A DNA stretch of 64,000 bases from Vicugna vicugna (GCA_013265495.1 MU057651.1:1127674-1191673); one strand, 5' to 3'. Counted from the first letter of the stretch, positions 1-12,900 are shown. Notes: generated by a model not told the origin, from the sequence alone. Program-made: numbers and translations.

Positions 1-228
1 TAAAAGAAATACTGGCCTCCTGCTGGCACCTTGGCTGCTCTAATCATTGGTGCAATGGGAAAGATGAGTCAAAAGAGCAGTCATAGTTGACCACCCTCCC
101 CACCCCCATCTTCAGAAAAATCCCTGAACGTGCCAGTTTCCCACCAGGCAAAGCCCGGAAAGATCTTACCTTGCCATTTAGGGAGAAGCGGGAGAGTGTG
201 TCCTTTGCGCCCCTAGCTCTTTTGGTCT

Positions 229-480
229 GGCCAATTTACTTATGCCCCATGCCCAGCCAGTTCATTAAAGTAAGACCCAATACCAGCAGCTGTTCTCTGC
301 AATCTCCCTTAGCTATCCCCTGCCACGCCCCCCTCCTGCCCGCCAGCCAGCCAGCCAGCCTGCCCGCCCACCCGCCCCCCTGCTCCTGACTTGCTAGTGC
401 TTGCTCTGTCTCTCTGGTCCCAGATTCCTGCCTCTATATAGGCTCTGACATTTGCCTCTGGCCGCCTTTCACTTGACAGT
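229..480 (+). promoter_or_regulatory. Candidate RNA pol II core promoter (CCAAT, KLF/Sp GC boxes, TATA-like, Inr-like)
   Basis: CCAAT at ~231 and ~277, CCACGCCC ~323, CCCGCCC boxes 363-380, TATATAGG 435-442, Inr-like TCACTT 469-474; repeat-free context. Confidence 0.5.
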
Positions 481-1964
481 CCTCCAGAAGCTCCACTGTA
501 GCACTCGGCCTATGCAACTCCACCCTTCTTCCCCTCACCCCAGTAGCTGCACCAGCCCACTGTGCCCGCTTCTGGCCGTCTCGAAGGAAAGAAGAGATTC
601 ACACAAGCAAAGAGATGAGACGGAAAGGGTCCTGGCTCAGCAAATGAGACACTCCCTCTGCGACTGAGCAGACACTGGCGTCCTGGGAGCCAGGCACTGC
701 AACCGGTGTTCCGTGCAAGAGTAGGCAGGGGTGAGAGGGAAGGGAACCCGGGCTGGAGGCTGAGTGGAGCTGTGGCAGAAGAGTTCAAAAAGGTTCAGGT
801 GCAGGGAAACCAGAGTTGGCCAGGAGGGGTCGTGGGAACTTAAGAGAGCCCAGCAATGATGATAATTAAAAAGCCATTGTGCTCCAGTGTCATGGTCACG
901 GAGGGAAACCTGGCAGCTAGTGACCACACCATGGGGCTAGAAAGTGACAGCAAGACTGCAGGGAGTTCAGACAGCTGGCGAGAAAAGCCTGCCAACCTTG
1001 AGCATACCAGGTGAGGGCTTGCTCACAGAAGCAGGGCTTTGGCCTGCTTTCTAGAACTGGGGCACAAGGTCAGAATAGAACTGGCAGGAAGGTTTATCAG
1101 AGCCCTCTAGCCTTCTGAATCAGGCGCCCTTAAACCCCTAGACTAGGGGTAGAATTGGTCCCTGAGCCCTGGAGAGGGCAAAACCTTTGGGTGAAGTTCA
1201 AGTAGCCCAGGTAAAGGGATGCAGAGCCGGGGTGGGGAGGCATTCAGGTCGTTATAAACCTCGCCATGCTCCAACAGCCAACAATGATGAGCAACCAGCC
1301 ATACCTCGGCACTTGGCCTAAGCACTCCACTTGCCTTATACTGTCAGGCCTCTTGGCAACACCTGCAGGTAGGCACTGATGCCATTTCCATTTTACAAAT
1401 GAGAGAGGGGCTTAGAGAAGTTGTGACCAAGATCACGGAGCTAGTACGTGGCAAAGCCAGATCTGAGCCCAGGGCAGTCTGATTCCAGAATCATTTCCTC
1501 TCTTTGCAAACAAACAAGTGGTTAGAAACACTCCAAGTGCTCTGTTCACTGCAGCCTTCCTCTTCCTCTTCCCACACCTACTAATGGCTGAATCACCCCA
1601 GTGATACTAGTACTAATACTAATACTACTACTAATAATAGTATCAACCGATTTTGAACTCTTCCCATATGCCGAGAACTGCAGTGAGGGCTTCACCAGCA
1701 TTCTCTCCTTTGATCCTAGGAGCTACCCTGTGAGCTAGGGTTTTTTTTTTTAATCCTCAGTTTGCAGATAAGAAAACTGAGCCTCAGCGAGGTGAATTGA
1801 CATGACCAAAAGCACACAGGTCTGTTTGACTCCAGAACTCACCGGAGTATACTCCTCAAAAAGAAAAATTCTAGTCACTCTCCCCTTCCCTTACACCAAA
1901 AAATACGCACAGGAAACCTAACAACAGTGACGATGATGATGGTGATGATTACACCTAATAATAA

Positions 1965-2130
1965 AAGCTAACATTCACTGTGCTGGGCACTGTGCTCAGC
2001 ACTTTCTATACGTGATCTCATTTGTTACTGACAACAGCCCTGTGGGGTAGGAACTATTATCACTCTCATTTCCAGATGAGGCACCAGAGGCACAGAGAGA
2101 TTAGCTAGCTTTCCCAAGGTAGCACAGCTA
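1965..2130 (-). mobile_element. MIR SINE (one of a minus-strand cluster: ~1350-1490, ~1650-1840, ~1965-2130, ~3545-3780)
   Basis: Reverse MIR core (catttccagatgaggcaccagaggcacagagagattagctagctttcccaaggtagcacagctag). Confidence 0.85.
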
Positions 2131-2139
2131 GAGAACATG

Positions 2140-2410
2140 GTTGTTTATGATCATAAAAGCTTGGAAATAACCAAAATGCCAATATTAGAACACCATTCAT
2201 TTAATGATTAAACAAATCACATTGCATCTGCAGTGACCAGTGAAAATGATTATCTGATTTGTATAAAACAAATATGGATATTTTTGCAAAGAAAACAGTA
2301 TAGTTTGGAAGGATGTATACCAAGACATTAACAAGGAGCATACCCAAGGGATGAGATTCAAGATTTTTACTTTTACTTTTCTTAGCTGTGTTTTCTCCTT
2401 TGTCTGTAAT
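2140..2410 (+). mobile_element. Old L1 (L1ME-like) 3' fragment
   Basis: 'aaaagcttggaaataaccaaaatgccaatattaga...' resembles L1 ORF2 end/3'UTR. Confidence 0.55.
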
Positions 2411-3799
2411 GGACCCATATTGCTTATATTAGAAGAAAGAAAATTTTTTCTTCTTTTTAAAAGGTATGTTCCACTAGGCTTCTATCTCTGGCAGTCTCCC
2501 TTCCTCTCTCTAAAGATCCCCAACATCTCCCCACCCAAGCAACTTTTCTCCCCAACAAGCTTAATCCTCACACCACTCAGATCCTTGGTCAGTAATGACC
2601 TCTGAAAACCGTTTCCAATAGCTCACTTTTCTTTTTTAATTATTATTTTCAAAAAAAACTTCTTGTTTTTCTACTATTATTTATGTCTAATAATTACACA
2701 AGTAATCTAGGAATATATTCACAAGATTAAACACTTGAAATCCTACACAGAGATAAGCTAGTCCTGTGCCTACCCCACCCCCTATCCCCTCAAGTCCCAT
2801 TCCTCTGTCTGTTCACAGTTGGGTGTGTCTCCTTCCAAACTTTTTCTAGCTACAATGGCATTCAGAGTTCATATCATGCAATTGCTTGCAAAACCCAGTG
2901 TGTGCAAAGAGCTACAGTCAGAAAACCACTCTGCACTGGTCACTCTCGGAGTCCAACTTCTGGTCCATTGTGACTAGTGGTCATCAGCCGGCTTCTAAGG
3001 AGGCTACTGAGAGAGTCATTTGGGTCACAGAGTTCCGCTTTATTTGTGGCAGTGTATCTGCAATCATAGAGAGGGGAGGCCTTCTAAGGAAGGAAAAGCC
3101 CGGAAACTGCTGCTTAGCATCTCTCGGATTTCTCACGTCTTGCCCAGTCTGCACTGATCAATACGGCTAGGAGGTGTCAGGCTCCTGCAGCCTCACAGAA
3201 GGTAATTGAGTTTGGGGGATTGCATGACCAGCTGCTCGGGGAAATAAGAATAAACAAGAGATGGTTCAATATGTCAACAAACAGCTTTCCAGCTCTTGAA
3301 AATATACCTTTCCCTAGATTCTGCACAATGTCCTTTCCTCCAGCCCTGGCAAACCGGCGCTCAGATAACAGAAAAGAGACAACCTCAGGATTAAGAAACA
3401 CCTGGTCTACTTGAGGGTCCTGTGCCTTCCCTGATCAGAGAGGGAGAAACCCTCCTCACTCCTTTACCCATCCCCCGCCCCCCTCAACAGCCCTGATGCT
3501 TCAAATGCCCACCTGACTATTTATAAATAGAGGGCGAGGGGCATAGCATTTACTGAGTGCTCCTCCTGCCAGGCATTGTGTTAAGCTCTTCACATACATC
3601 ATGTTATTCATTGCACAATAAACCAATGAAGTGGGTTTTTTCACTCTCACTTTATAAATCAGCCAAAGAAATGAAGTAGAGAGAGAATAAAATCAGGTAA
3701 CTTACCTTGGCTCCCACAGCTGAGAAGGAGTGAAGCTGGGCTTGTCACTCGGGTCTGTCTGACTCAGCTGGTGCTCTTAACTCGTGAGAGAGTCACACA

Positions 3800-4270
3800 A
3801 CTGTCTTCCAGGCTCTGAAGGGCTGTCATATGGAAGAGAGGGTAGGTGTGTTCTGGGTAGCTCCAAAGAGAAGGATTTGACTGTTAGTTGGGAATTACAC
3901 TTTCATTGGATGTGCTGCAAATTCCCCAAACAACATGTATATGCATGTCCAATTCTATAGGGAAAAGAACATTCTAAGAGGAGCAAATGGAACTGGCTTG
4001 CATTAGGTGCTGCCCTGAAGGATCTGTGGAATCGGAGAGAACAGGAGGGATACCAAAGGACTGCAAATGGGCAGCGTCCCAATTTCCTTAAATAAGGAAA
4101 CTACAGACCAGTATACTGTAAACTCCAGAGCTGTAAGCTTGATGTCAATCCTCAGAGAGATTCTGCTGCAGATTATGAAGCAGGTAATTTATAAGCACTT
4201 AGGACGCAAGTGATGATAGGAGGTACCTAGAGGTTCTAGCAGAACTGTACAAATTGAACCAGGTTTCCAG
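3800..4270 (+). mobile_element. L3/CR1 LINE fragments (3' end ~3800-3900; degenerate RT region ~4040-4270, resuming ~5015-5100)
   Basis: 'ctgaagggctgtcatatggaagagagggtag' is CR1 3'-like; 4045-4250 is a degenerate CR1 ORF2 segment (P.DW..A....I..KG...YRPVSLTSIPGKILEQIIK-like). Confidence 0.65.
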
Positions 4271-5530
4271 ACTGGCAGCTATCGCAAACCAAAAACCTAG
4301 GGGACTGACAGTTGGTTGCCAGATTTTTTTTCCAAGTAAGGGTGTTAAGAAACAAGACAAAACACCCCCAAATTATCATTTCATAAAGAGGGTTTTCTTT
4401 AAACACCAAAAGAGAAGGAAACAATCTCAAAATAAAGGACAGCCCTTTAAATGAAATAGATTTCACTTTACAAAATACTGGCTATGTAGTCTTCAGGCTT
4501 TCTTACTTGCACCCAGGGACTGCTGCAATTTTCCTGGAGGATAGGCACATATCCAAGGACCTTCTTTAGGGAATTGCTCAGAGTTAAAGCATCAAAACAG
4601 ATAAGATCAGATACCTATAAGACGGGAAGTCTTTCTGGCCAGGAGAGGGAAGAACAGAGTTTGACCTTAGCCTAAGTGAGGACATTAACTTAGATAAAGC
4701 AAGTGTCCACAGGAAGGAGCATGAGAGAAAGAAAACTCGCCAAGTGCAAAGTCAAGCCCTGCTGAGGCGGGACTTGGCCAGCGCATTTGATCTATGCCAT
4801 CCCTTGGACCACACAGCCATCTTGTAGGAATACGTGCCTGACGCCATTAAGCATTTGGACCACAACGCAGTTTCTGACTTGAGACTCTCCAAGCAACCTT
4901 CAGACTATTACTTGTCTCCCCAGGGAGAGTTCCTAAAGAAGGCGTTCACAACTGGATCAATACCATTGCCAGACTGGGGTTCTACAACAATCTAGAAGGC
5001 GGCTGCTAGCCTTCATCCTGCCCTGTTCCACCCTTTTATCAATGTTGTAAATAAGAGCACAGATGGAATTCTTACACGATTATTCTAGGGCTGAGAAGAA
5101 CCTCTAGGTTCAGCCTAGGAAGAAGGTTTACATTTTTAAATCCCATGGTTTACAATCTATCTCTCTGCATTTTGTCATTTTTCTCTCCTGTTTTTGCTGC
5201 CAATGCACTAAGTTCCTGCAATTTGTGTTCCTCATGGAAAGTGCTTAGTGAACATGTGAGCTCTGCACTCTGAAGAGCAACTAGGTCCTCCTATACAAAC
5301 TGTGGGGCATCCATCTCAGCCCTGTCATCTTCACGCAGGTGACTGGTGTCAGTGGATACTTCCTGGATCAGAAAAGGGGACAAACTGATGTCCTCTTATT
5401 TGCAAAAGTGGCCCCATTTCCAAAAGAGTTGCAATTGGACTTGGACTGTGTCTGTGGACATTGACCTTGTTTCTGAAGGTGAAGGCAGTGCAGTTTCCAG
5501 TACCTGCTGTACTCTCTTAAACTGCATTTC

Positions 5531-5546
5531 TTCCTATCAATATATG

Positions 5547-5580
<34 letters not shown>

Positions 5581-5695
5581 TGCATGTATCTATCTATCTA
5601 TCTACTTATTTAAATGGAAGTACTGGAGATTGAACCCAGGACCTTGTGCATGATAGGCACACACTCTACTACTGAACTATACCCTCCCCCACCTC
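5531..5695 (-). mobile_element. vic-1-type camelid tRNA-Ala-derived SINE with (TATG/TATC)n tail and 12-bp TSD
   Basis: Reverse complement reads ggggagggtatagttcagtagtagagtgtgtgcctatcatgcacaaggtcctgggttcaatctccagtacttcc + A-rich tail; direct repeat aaactgcatttc at 5519-5530 and 5696-5707. Confidence 0.9.
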
Positions 5696-6129
5696 AAACT
5701 GCATTTCCCTTAAGTGTAGTTGGGAACCCCTCAGGCATCAGCCGCCCCCCAGGAGGACTGTTAAAATGCAGATGCAGACTTGGGGAGGGGGGACCCCACG
5801 TTCAAAGAGTCAGACCGCATTTAGATCCAAGTGATTCTGAAACCCTCTAGCGTTGAAGAACTGCTGGGATAGTGGTTTATACACCCTGATTTTAACATCC
5901 AACCAGCCTGGGCTCCAGCCCCTGCACTTTGAGTGACTTTGCCTCAGTTTCCCTGTCTGTACAATAGGGATAATAAAAGTGCCTACCCCACAAGCTCTTT
6001 AAATGTTTTAAACAAAAAAACATGTGTGAAGTGTCTGACACCTAGCTGAAGCTCAGTAATCTCCCCTGGTCTTGTTCATTCGTGGGCCCTGCCGCCTGCC
6101 TTCTCAGCGTTCAGCTTCAGCCCCTGTTG

Positions 6130-6472
6130 CTAACTGCTCACTTTTTCTAGGTCTGCTATTCAGACTCCCCAAGCCAGAGATTCTCATTGGTCCAAATTTA
6201 GTCACCACTGTGCTTTTTAGGCAAAGTTCTCATCCCAGGTTCCCTCCCAGGCAACTTGCCAACCTATAGAGTGACTGCTCTGGGATCAGATGCCCTCTCC
6301 TGGCTTAATTGGCTACTGCCAGGGGGAATCAGGATCACGTGGCACCAAACATAGCCACCTATTCATAAGAAACTGCTGCTTCCCTCAGCTAGGAAAGGGT
6401 CTGCAGATGGAAACTCCTTAGAAGGGGCCCGTGGGTGTGGCAGGAATCCTGAGGCTTAGCCTGTCCCGTACA
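6130..6472 (-). mobile_element. MaLR solo LTR fragment (MLT1K/L-like)
   Basis: 'agagattctcattggtcc...gggatcagatgcc...ggatcacgtggcaccaaacat' typical of reverse MLT1 LTRs; ends in ...taca. Confidence 0.6.
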
Positions 6473-6704
6473 CCTAGGCTTCTCATTTATCCAGCCTGCC
6501 AAAAGAATGAAGCGTTCAAGTTCAATGAAGTCTCTATTTAATTCCGACTTTTCATCTCCATCAGGCCAGGAACATCAGTTTTCAAAATACTAGACACAGT
6601 CAAGGGGAAAAAAAAACCTTAACCCTAAAAAGGAGACTGTCTGTGTCTATAACACGTTCTTAAATTTTCAAAGCACTTTTCGCATCTATTTCCTCCTCGC
6701 ACAG

Positions 6705-7010
6705 CTTGCAAACTGGCAGGCACAGACCAGATTCAGACTGCAGACAGATTTTATTTGACCCCTACAATTTTTTTAACCATTTTTTAATTAGTTGCCAACA
6801 CTTGAAAGTTAGATTTCACCTATTAAGCTGGGTTTCTGGCTTCTCTGAGAAAAAACAAAAGGGCGTAGATCCTGGTTCTGAGACGACAACAGGCAGCTGG
6901 AGCTGAATAAGCCGTTCCTTGAAGATGGGTCACTAGCTCACCAGTTTGTTTTCAATACCACTGACTACATTTACTTTTTCACGATGACTTGCTTAGCCCC
7001 TGTGGGTGTA
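6705..7010. mobile_element. hAT-Charlie MER102-like DNA transposon
   Basis: 'caaactggcaggcacagaccagattcagactgcagacagattttatttg...gggtttctggcttctctgaga' resembles MER102; related copy in opposite orientation at ~59110-59350. Confidence 0.6.
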
Positions 7011-7034
7011 TGAAGCTTCATTTTAACCTCACGG

Positions 7035-7290
7035 AGTCGGTAGAGAAGGTGGTTAAGAGCACAGATTCTGAAGACGAACTGTCTGAGTTAGAATCCCAGC
7101 TCTGCCCCTCACTGGCTTTGGGACTCTGAATGAGTGATTTAACCTCTCTGAGCCTCAGTTTCCTCATCCATAAAATGGGGGTGACAATGCCTACTTCAGA
7201 GTGTCATTGGCCCAACTAAATCAATTAATGCACAGAAACTACTTCAAACAATACCTGGTGCATGGCATGCACTAAAGAAGCATTAGCTTT
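7035..7290 (+). mobile_element. MIR SINE, near full length
   Basis: gtggttaagagcacagattctg...aacctctctgagcctcagtttcctcatccataaaatgggg...cctggtgcat. Confidence 0.92.
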
Positions 7291-7299
7291 TTTCATTGT

Positions 7300-7583
7300 C
7301 CACAATTCCTTACCTGCCTTTTTGGCATCCAAAAGATTCTGAAAACTGACATTTTGTGGCAGGCTCAGTTGGTGGCCAAATTGGGCCTGAATTGGCATGA
7401 GGCTATTCGTTTATCCCATTTAGAAATATTAGTGTGTTTGATCACAGGCTATTTGGCCCAGAAGCCATAAAGGATGTTATATAATACATGTTATATGGCA
7501 CCTATTGCTTTTCTAAAATCCAAAACTCCTGAACTCCAAAACATATCTAGCTCCAATGGTTTCAGATAAGGGATTGTAGTCCA
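7300..7583 (-). mobile_element. MER46C-like Tigger MITE
   Basis: Termini 'caattccttacctgc' and 'ttcagataagggattgtagtcc'; second copy at ~44040-44350 in the other orientation. Confidence 0.65.
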
Positions 7584-8599
7584 CACTACTAATAATGTGT
7601 ATACCCACCTGACAGATGGGAAAACTGAGCTCCTGGGCACTGAGCAACCAGCCGAAAGTCCTACAGCTTGGAATCAGAAATAATTTGGACCGTTAGGCAC
7701 AAAGCCCCTTGCGCCTAGCACTGTGGTATGTGTCGGGTTCCCTGCAGGCATGTTAATACAGGACTCTAGTGGCCACCAGTCAGGGTCCCTCGACGAACTA
7801 AAGACTGTTACCATTCACTGAGAGTGGCAAGCCCTTCCCCTAGTGGCATTCATCTTCATTATACATACTGCTGGGGTAGGGATTATTGACTCACCCCAAA
7901 TCACACAGCAAAAGACAGCAGAGATGGAACTAGAAACCAAATTCTGTGCTTTTTCTTCTTAAACCCCAAGGCTGATCCAAGGAAGACATATGCTGAACTT
8001 TCTACATACTGAGCCCCATGCTAGGCAGACGATCCTAAAATTTTTAACATACCTGGTGCAAGTGAATGTCCCAAGATCTCAGCAAATACAAAAATGAGAC
8101 AGCGTGTCTGGGTGGACCTCACCCTTCCCAGTACCATGGGCAGCAATGTACAGACACCATCCAATCAGAAGCCCGGGAGGGGAGATTTCTCAAATCCCAA
8201 GAAAAATCACAGAGACCCTACTGTTTGCTCTTCTCTGTTGATTTTTAAGACATTGACATTTACTTATGCCAAAGGCCAAAAGAAATGAAAAATCTACTGG
8301 AAAGGGGATTGCATCAGTTATGGAGCAATATCTTAAAGAAACCTTTGCACAGTATCCATTCCCTTGTTTGAAATGCAGAAAATAGAGCATTGCTATTTCA
8401 TATTGGTAGTGCATCAGAGACCTGGGAAGGAACACAGCATTCCTAGGACCTCTTGCCAGCCCTCTGTCTCAGCACAGGGGAGCTTTTTGACACCACCACC
8501 AACCTAAGCAAGTTGGAAAAGAGAAGGCAGGCCATGCCCAGGTGACCTCATGTCTCTCATGGCTTGAGTTCCTCCTCCCAACAAATCCGCACTTTGATC

Positions 8600-8911
8600 A
8601 CACACCCACAGCGACCCAGATCTTTGAATTCAGCAATTCTTTCTCAGGTTTCAGCGAAGCATTGGCAGCCTGAGCTATTTTGGGACACTTTCTCTGCTGT
8701 GGATGCCACTTTCGGAATACGCCAGAAACATGCTAAGGACCAGGAGCTCTCCGTCCTGGACCCGTTTTCGGGTTTTCTCGCTCTCTCTCTCTCTCTCTCT
8801 CTGGGCTGATCGTTTGGAGGACAGTCGTTCTTGCCAGCCTAATCCCAGGAGCCTGACTACCTTGCCGGGCCACAGGCTCCAAGAGGCAGTGTGGCTGCCA
8901 GCACCCTCACG
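8600..8911 (+). ncRNA. Candidate first/early exon of a spliced + strand transcript (lncRNA-like, carries ORF start at 8703); 5' boundary unknown
   Basis: Strong donor ACG|GTAAGG after 8911; CpG-containing repeat-free DNA; joins in frame to the acceptor at 22065/22066. Confidence 0.55.
8781..8802. repeat. (CT)11 microsatellite
   Basis: Seen directly. Confidence 0.97.
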
Positions 8912-11900
8912 GTAAGGGGCATGGAGGCACCAGGCAGCCAGGAAGGACAGATGTCCTGGAAGGTGGGGGGAGGTGGTCTGAGTTTGGATGCGGACTGAAA
9001 AAACGCAGGGAGTGGGGTGACCAGATTTTGCAAACATCTCATTCTTAACAATCATCACTTCCTAACCTGATCCAACTGACTCAGCAGGCATTCAGGAGCC
9101 TGCCATCACCATTTTCCTGTCCTAAAATCCTCTGCACCTGTAAGTATCGGGTCTTGGCTCAGGGCTTGGCTCCGGGCTTGTTACCGCTCGTGCTCTTTTG
9201 GGGGGCGGGGGAGGGGGAGAGGAAGGCAGGGCCTGGGGAAGGTCATCTATATCTGACTCAGGTGTGGGCTGGCCCATGGCGTTGGAAGAATTCCTGATAA
9301 CCACCACCCGCCCCCTGCCTCCGAACTGCTTCTTGGTTTGGAAAATGAAAATGCCTCTTTGTTCTTTCCCAAGCCCCCAGCATCCCAGCAACTCCACCTG
9401 ACCTTCGAGGTCTTGTGTTCATCAGTGCTGTGCACACCTGATGTCTCATATTGGACTTAATGGGAGAAGCACACCCTTAGCATTTGAATTTCTTAAATGC
9501 CACCCCAGCTACTATCGTGGGCACTGCCTCTGCTGGCTTCTCCATCTTTTATGCAGCAATTTGCTGAACCGGTGAAAGATACACTTGTAAGCGGAGTGGG
9601 GGGATTCTAAATAAGAATTTAGAAACTCCTCCGTGGTAAAAAGAGCAGTGTGGCTCAGGCTGATTCTCAACGCAGTTAGAGACACTGCCACAAAGGGGAG
9701 GCTCGGTGCTCTGCGTTGATGATGGTCCCTTTCAATGCCTCCCTGTTTGAATGGAAAGAGAGGCCAAAATAGCTACAGGCTTCCCAGGAAAGGAAAATTT
9801 CTGATGTTTTTATTTACCACTTTCCTGAGAGACTGGCATGGTCTCTGGCCAGCCTCAGTCCCTGAAGCAGCTCAAATGACTGCTCCAAAGGGGACATTCA
9901 GCCCTTCATTGGGGGACTGCTGAAGTTCCCTCAAAAGAGCCCGGATGACAGAGCCAGGCCCTATTTATTACCTGTTCTCCTTCCCCACCACCAAGACCAA
10001 ATCATTCTTAGGGTACCAGATTTGTTTGGAGGTGAGGGTGAGGAATGTCTGATAGAAAGCTGTCCTTTGGGGCTTTCATACCAACTTCCCAGGCCATGAA
10101 TAAGAACAGAATGAGGCCAGCAGTTTTTGGCCTTTTATTTCCACACAGCACCATAGCAGGAACATTGTCTTTAGCAAATAAAAAAGCAGAAGATGTTTGT
10201 TAGACTAAGGCTGGCTACCTTAAATTTCTCAGCGTGGCAAAATAAGCAGCTTCTGATTTGTACTCTGCCGGGTTTGGGGAGGATTGGAGGAGAACCGTGT
10301 TAATATCGGTGCTGGTGAAATGAAAAGAGGAAATTCACCTTATCTCTGGTGGAGTCGGGATTCATTCCCAGGCTAGAGAAAGAAACTAGTCTTGGGAGGA
10401 ATTTGGTTTTGCTTTGGCTACTGCCTTGTTTGTGGGGTCTTTGGTAACTCGTGGAGCTTCCCAGCCTTTCTCCTTCTGAAGAGCTCTGAGAAAATGATGC
10501 TTGGATCATAGAAGTTCATTGTCGGGAAGACTTTTCAGTCAAAGCCTTGAGCGGTGGGTGGGAGAAGAGAGATTGCCCTATGTGATGGCTTCTGATTATA
10601 ACCAAAATAATCCAGGTTCTGCCTTGGTGGTAGCCGGAATTTTATGTCTACCCAATGGCATTCCAGAATTATTAAGAACATTCCCTTGCCCTTCCAAATC
10701 TCTCCCTATCCACTCCCAAGGTCTTGAAAATTCTTAAGTACATAATTCCTTTGACCCAGAGCTTTGGCATCAGTGAAAATACCAAACTCTTGGGATAGTC
10801 AACCTGTTAAGCCTCATCTGGATGCATCCCATGTAAATTCTGACAGCAAATTCTGATACAGGGGGAAAGAGAGTGGAGGAATGAGATCACAACAGGGACG
10901 AAGTGTAGCCTCAGAGCAGGAGTCTGGAGGCAGAACCTGGGTCAAGGCCAAAAGTACCAAGAAGGTCTGTTGGCAGAAAGGGAAAGTTCTCTTCTTGCTA
11001 AAATGGAGAACAAGACAGCTTACTGAGGCATAGACTCAGGATTTGGGTAATAGGACAAAGACTCAGTTAATGAAACTGGGGTACCAGGAGGAGGAAGAAT
11101 GGTACCTCCTAGAGGGGGGACAGGAGATAGGAAAGTTCCCTGCAAAGGCTCCCTTGAGCTTGGTTACCTGAGCCACTGAACTAGGGGCTCTCACAAATGT
11201 TCAGACCTCAGTATGAAGAATCAAACAGATCAAAGAATCTGTCATCTCTCAACCCTGGCATTTCTCCAACCCAGGAGGGCAGGTTAAAGGAAAGGATCAC
11301 AGAGGGACTAAGACTTTGAGACTCTGCCCTGCCCTTTCCTTCTCTGGGACCAGCCTTGAACTCCTACCCAAGGGGATTCATGATAGACACAGTGACTCAC
11401 CTTGATCATCAAAAGCCGTAAGGTGCAAAGAGGGGTTGCCCATACAGAACCACCATATCCCTATGTCCTTCCTAGGGCCTAGGAAACAGGGTTTTGGAGT
11501 AAGACTACCTGGGTTGAAATCCTGGCTCTGCCGCTCACTAGCTGCATGGCCTTGTGCAAGTCATATAACCTATCTCAGCCTCATCTGTAAAATGGGCACA
11601 ATAACAGGAGGACCTATCAGAGAGTGCTGTGACTTGTGATGATGCATGTAAAGCCCAGCATAGTGCCTGGGACAAAGTAAGTACTTAACACAAACCAGCC
11701 CTGATTAAGATTCCCAGCTCTCTGCTGTATGTGCCATCCTCTGAGAATGGGTTAGAGCAGCAAACGGTCCCGCTCAGTGGCGATCTACCACCACCAGGGT
11801 TTCTGGGGCTCACCATTTCCTTAACATAGCCCTCTTCTCCTTTGCCTCCCAGTCTCACAAGATGAAAGCGTTCCCAAGCCTTTCCTCTCACTAATTTTAC

Positions 11901-12900
11901 ATCCACTCCATACCCCAGCTAACTAAATAGACGGATTCAGCACTAAGGATTTATGAAATCTTTTGTTCGGCTTTCCCCAACCGCAGACTGAGCTTTGCCA
12001 CCCATCCCCTAGTGGTGAGATGGAATCATTTCTGGGAGGGCGGGGTCCAGAAGGGTGCAACTCCTTAAGCATGCAACAAAAGGAAGGGCGTTCCACCTCA
12101 AATTTTGCATCTCTGCTTCTGGCAGCTGTGGCATCAATACCTAGCCACGTCCACTCCCGCTGTGGCTCCCTGACCCTGTGGCTGCTGGCCCTCCGCTCCT
12201 CTTCCCTTAAACCCCCCCTCACCCTGCTTACCCCAGGACACTCCCTTGTCTGGGCCCCAGGGTGCTGCGGCTTCAAGAGGCTTTCCTTCACTTCCTCTCT
12301 TCCCCTTCCCCACCCTCTCCAGAGGATACAGAATTCACTCTCTTTCAAGGGGTGTGGTGGCAGAAAAAGCTCTGCCTTCTGTGCAGGCATGCCCTCAGCG
12401 TGCTCTCTGCATTCTAGCCCTCCCCAACTCTTTGCTCAGCAAAGGGGAGGGGGAGGAAGCACCGCTACGCATGCTTTGGGGACCTCCAGAATCCGAAGAC
12501 AGGCTTCTATCCTCTCAAAGACTTAAGGAAGAGCAGTTCTAGAACTTTTTCAGCAAGGGAGTTTGCTAAAGTGCAATATTCCAGCTACCATCTCCATAGA
12601 GATACAGAGGCTCTGGGTTTGGGGTCCATCTCTGGAATTTGCAGGTTTAATAAGATGGTGCACTCCATCCTGTGGAATGGGGGCCGGGAGGGTGGGGAGG
12701 AAGATCCCGGGGCTCTGATTCCTATAACCAGCCCCAGCCTACATCCTGACTCTCTGGGAGCACATGTAAATGACTTCTGAGTCCTGACCTCTAGCCCAGG
12801 CAGCAGCTCCTAGGCTGCTTCACGAAGACCTAGAGCAGTTTTAAATATCTGAGCTACATCAGTGATGCTACCAGCCTGAGGTGATAAATGGACAGCGAGT

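Noticed and set aside
5614..5689. tRNA-Ala-like sequence
   Set aside because: Has A-rich tail, TSD and stem-breaking substitutions: a SINE, not a tRNA gene
11937..11955. TTCAGCAC REST half-site
   Set aside because: Right half (GGACAG) missing
11923..12542. Overlapping 155/187/98-aa ORFs
   Set aside because: Chance ORFs in GC-rich DNA on both strands, low-information composition, no recognisable protein
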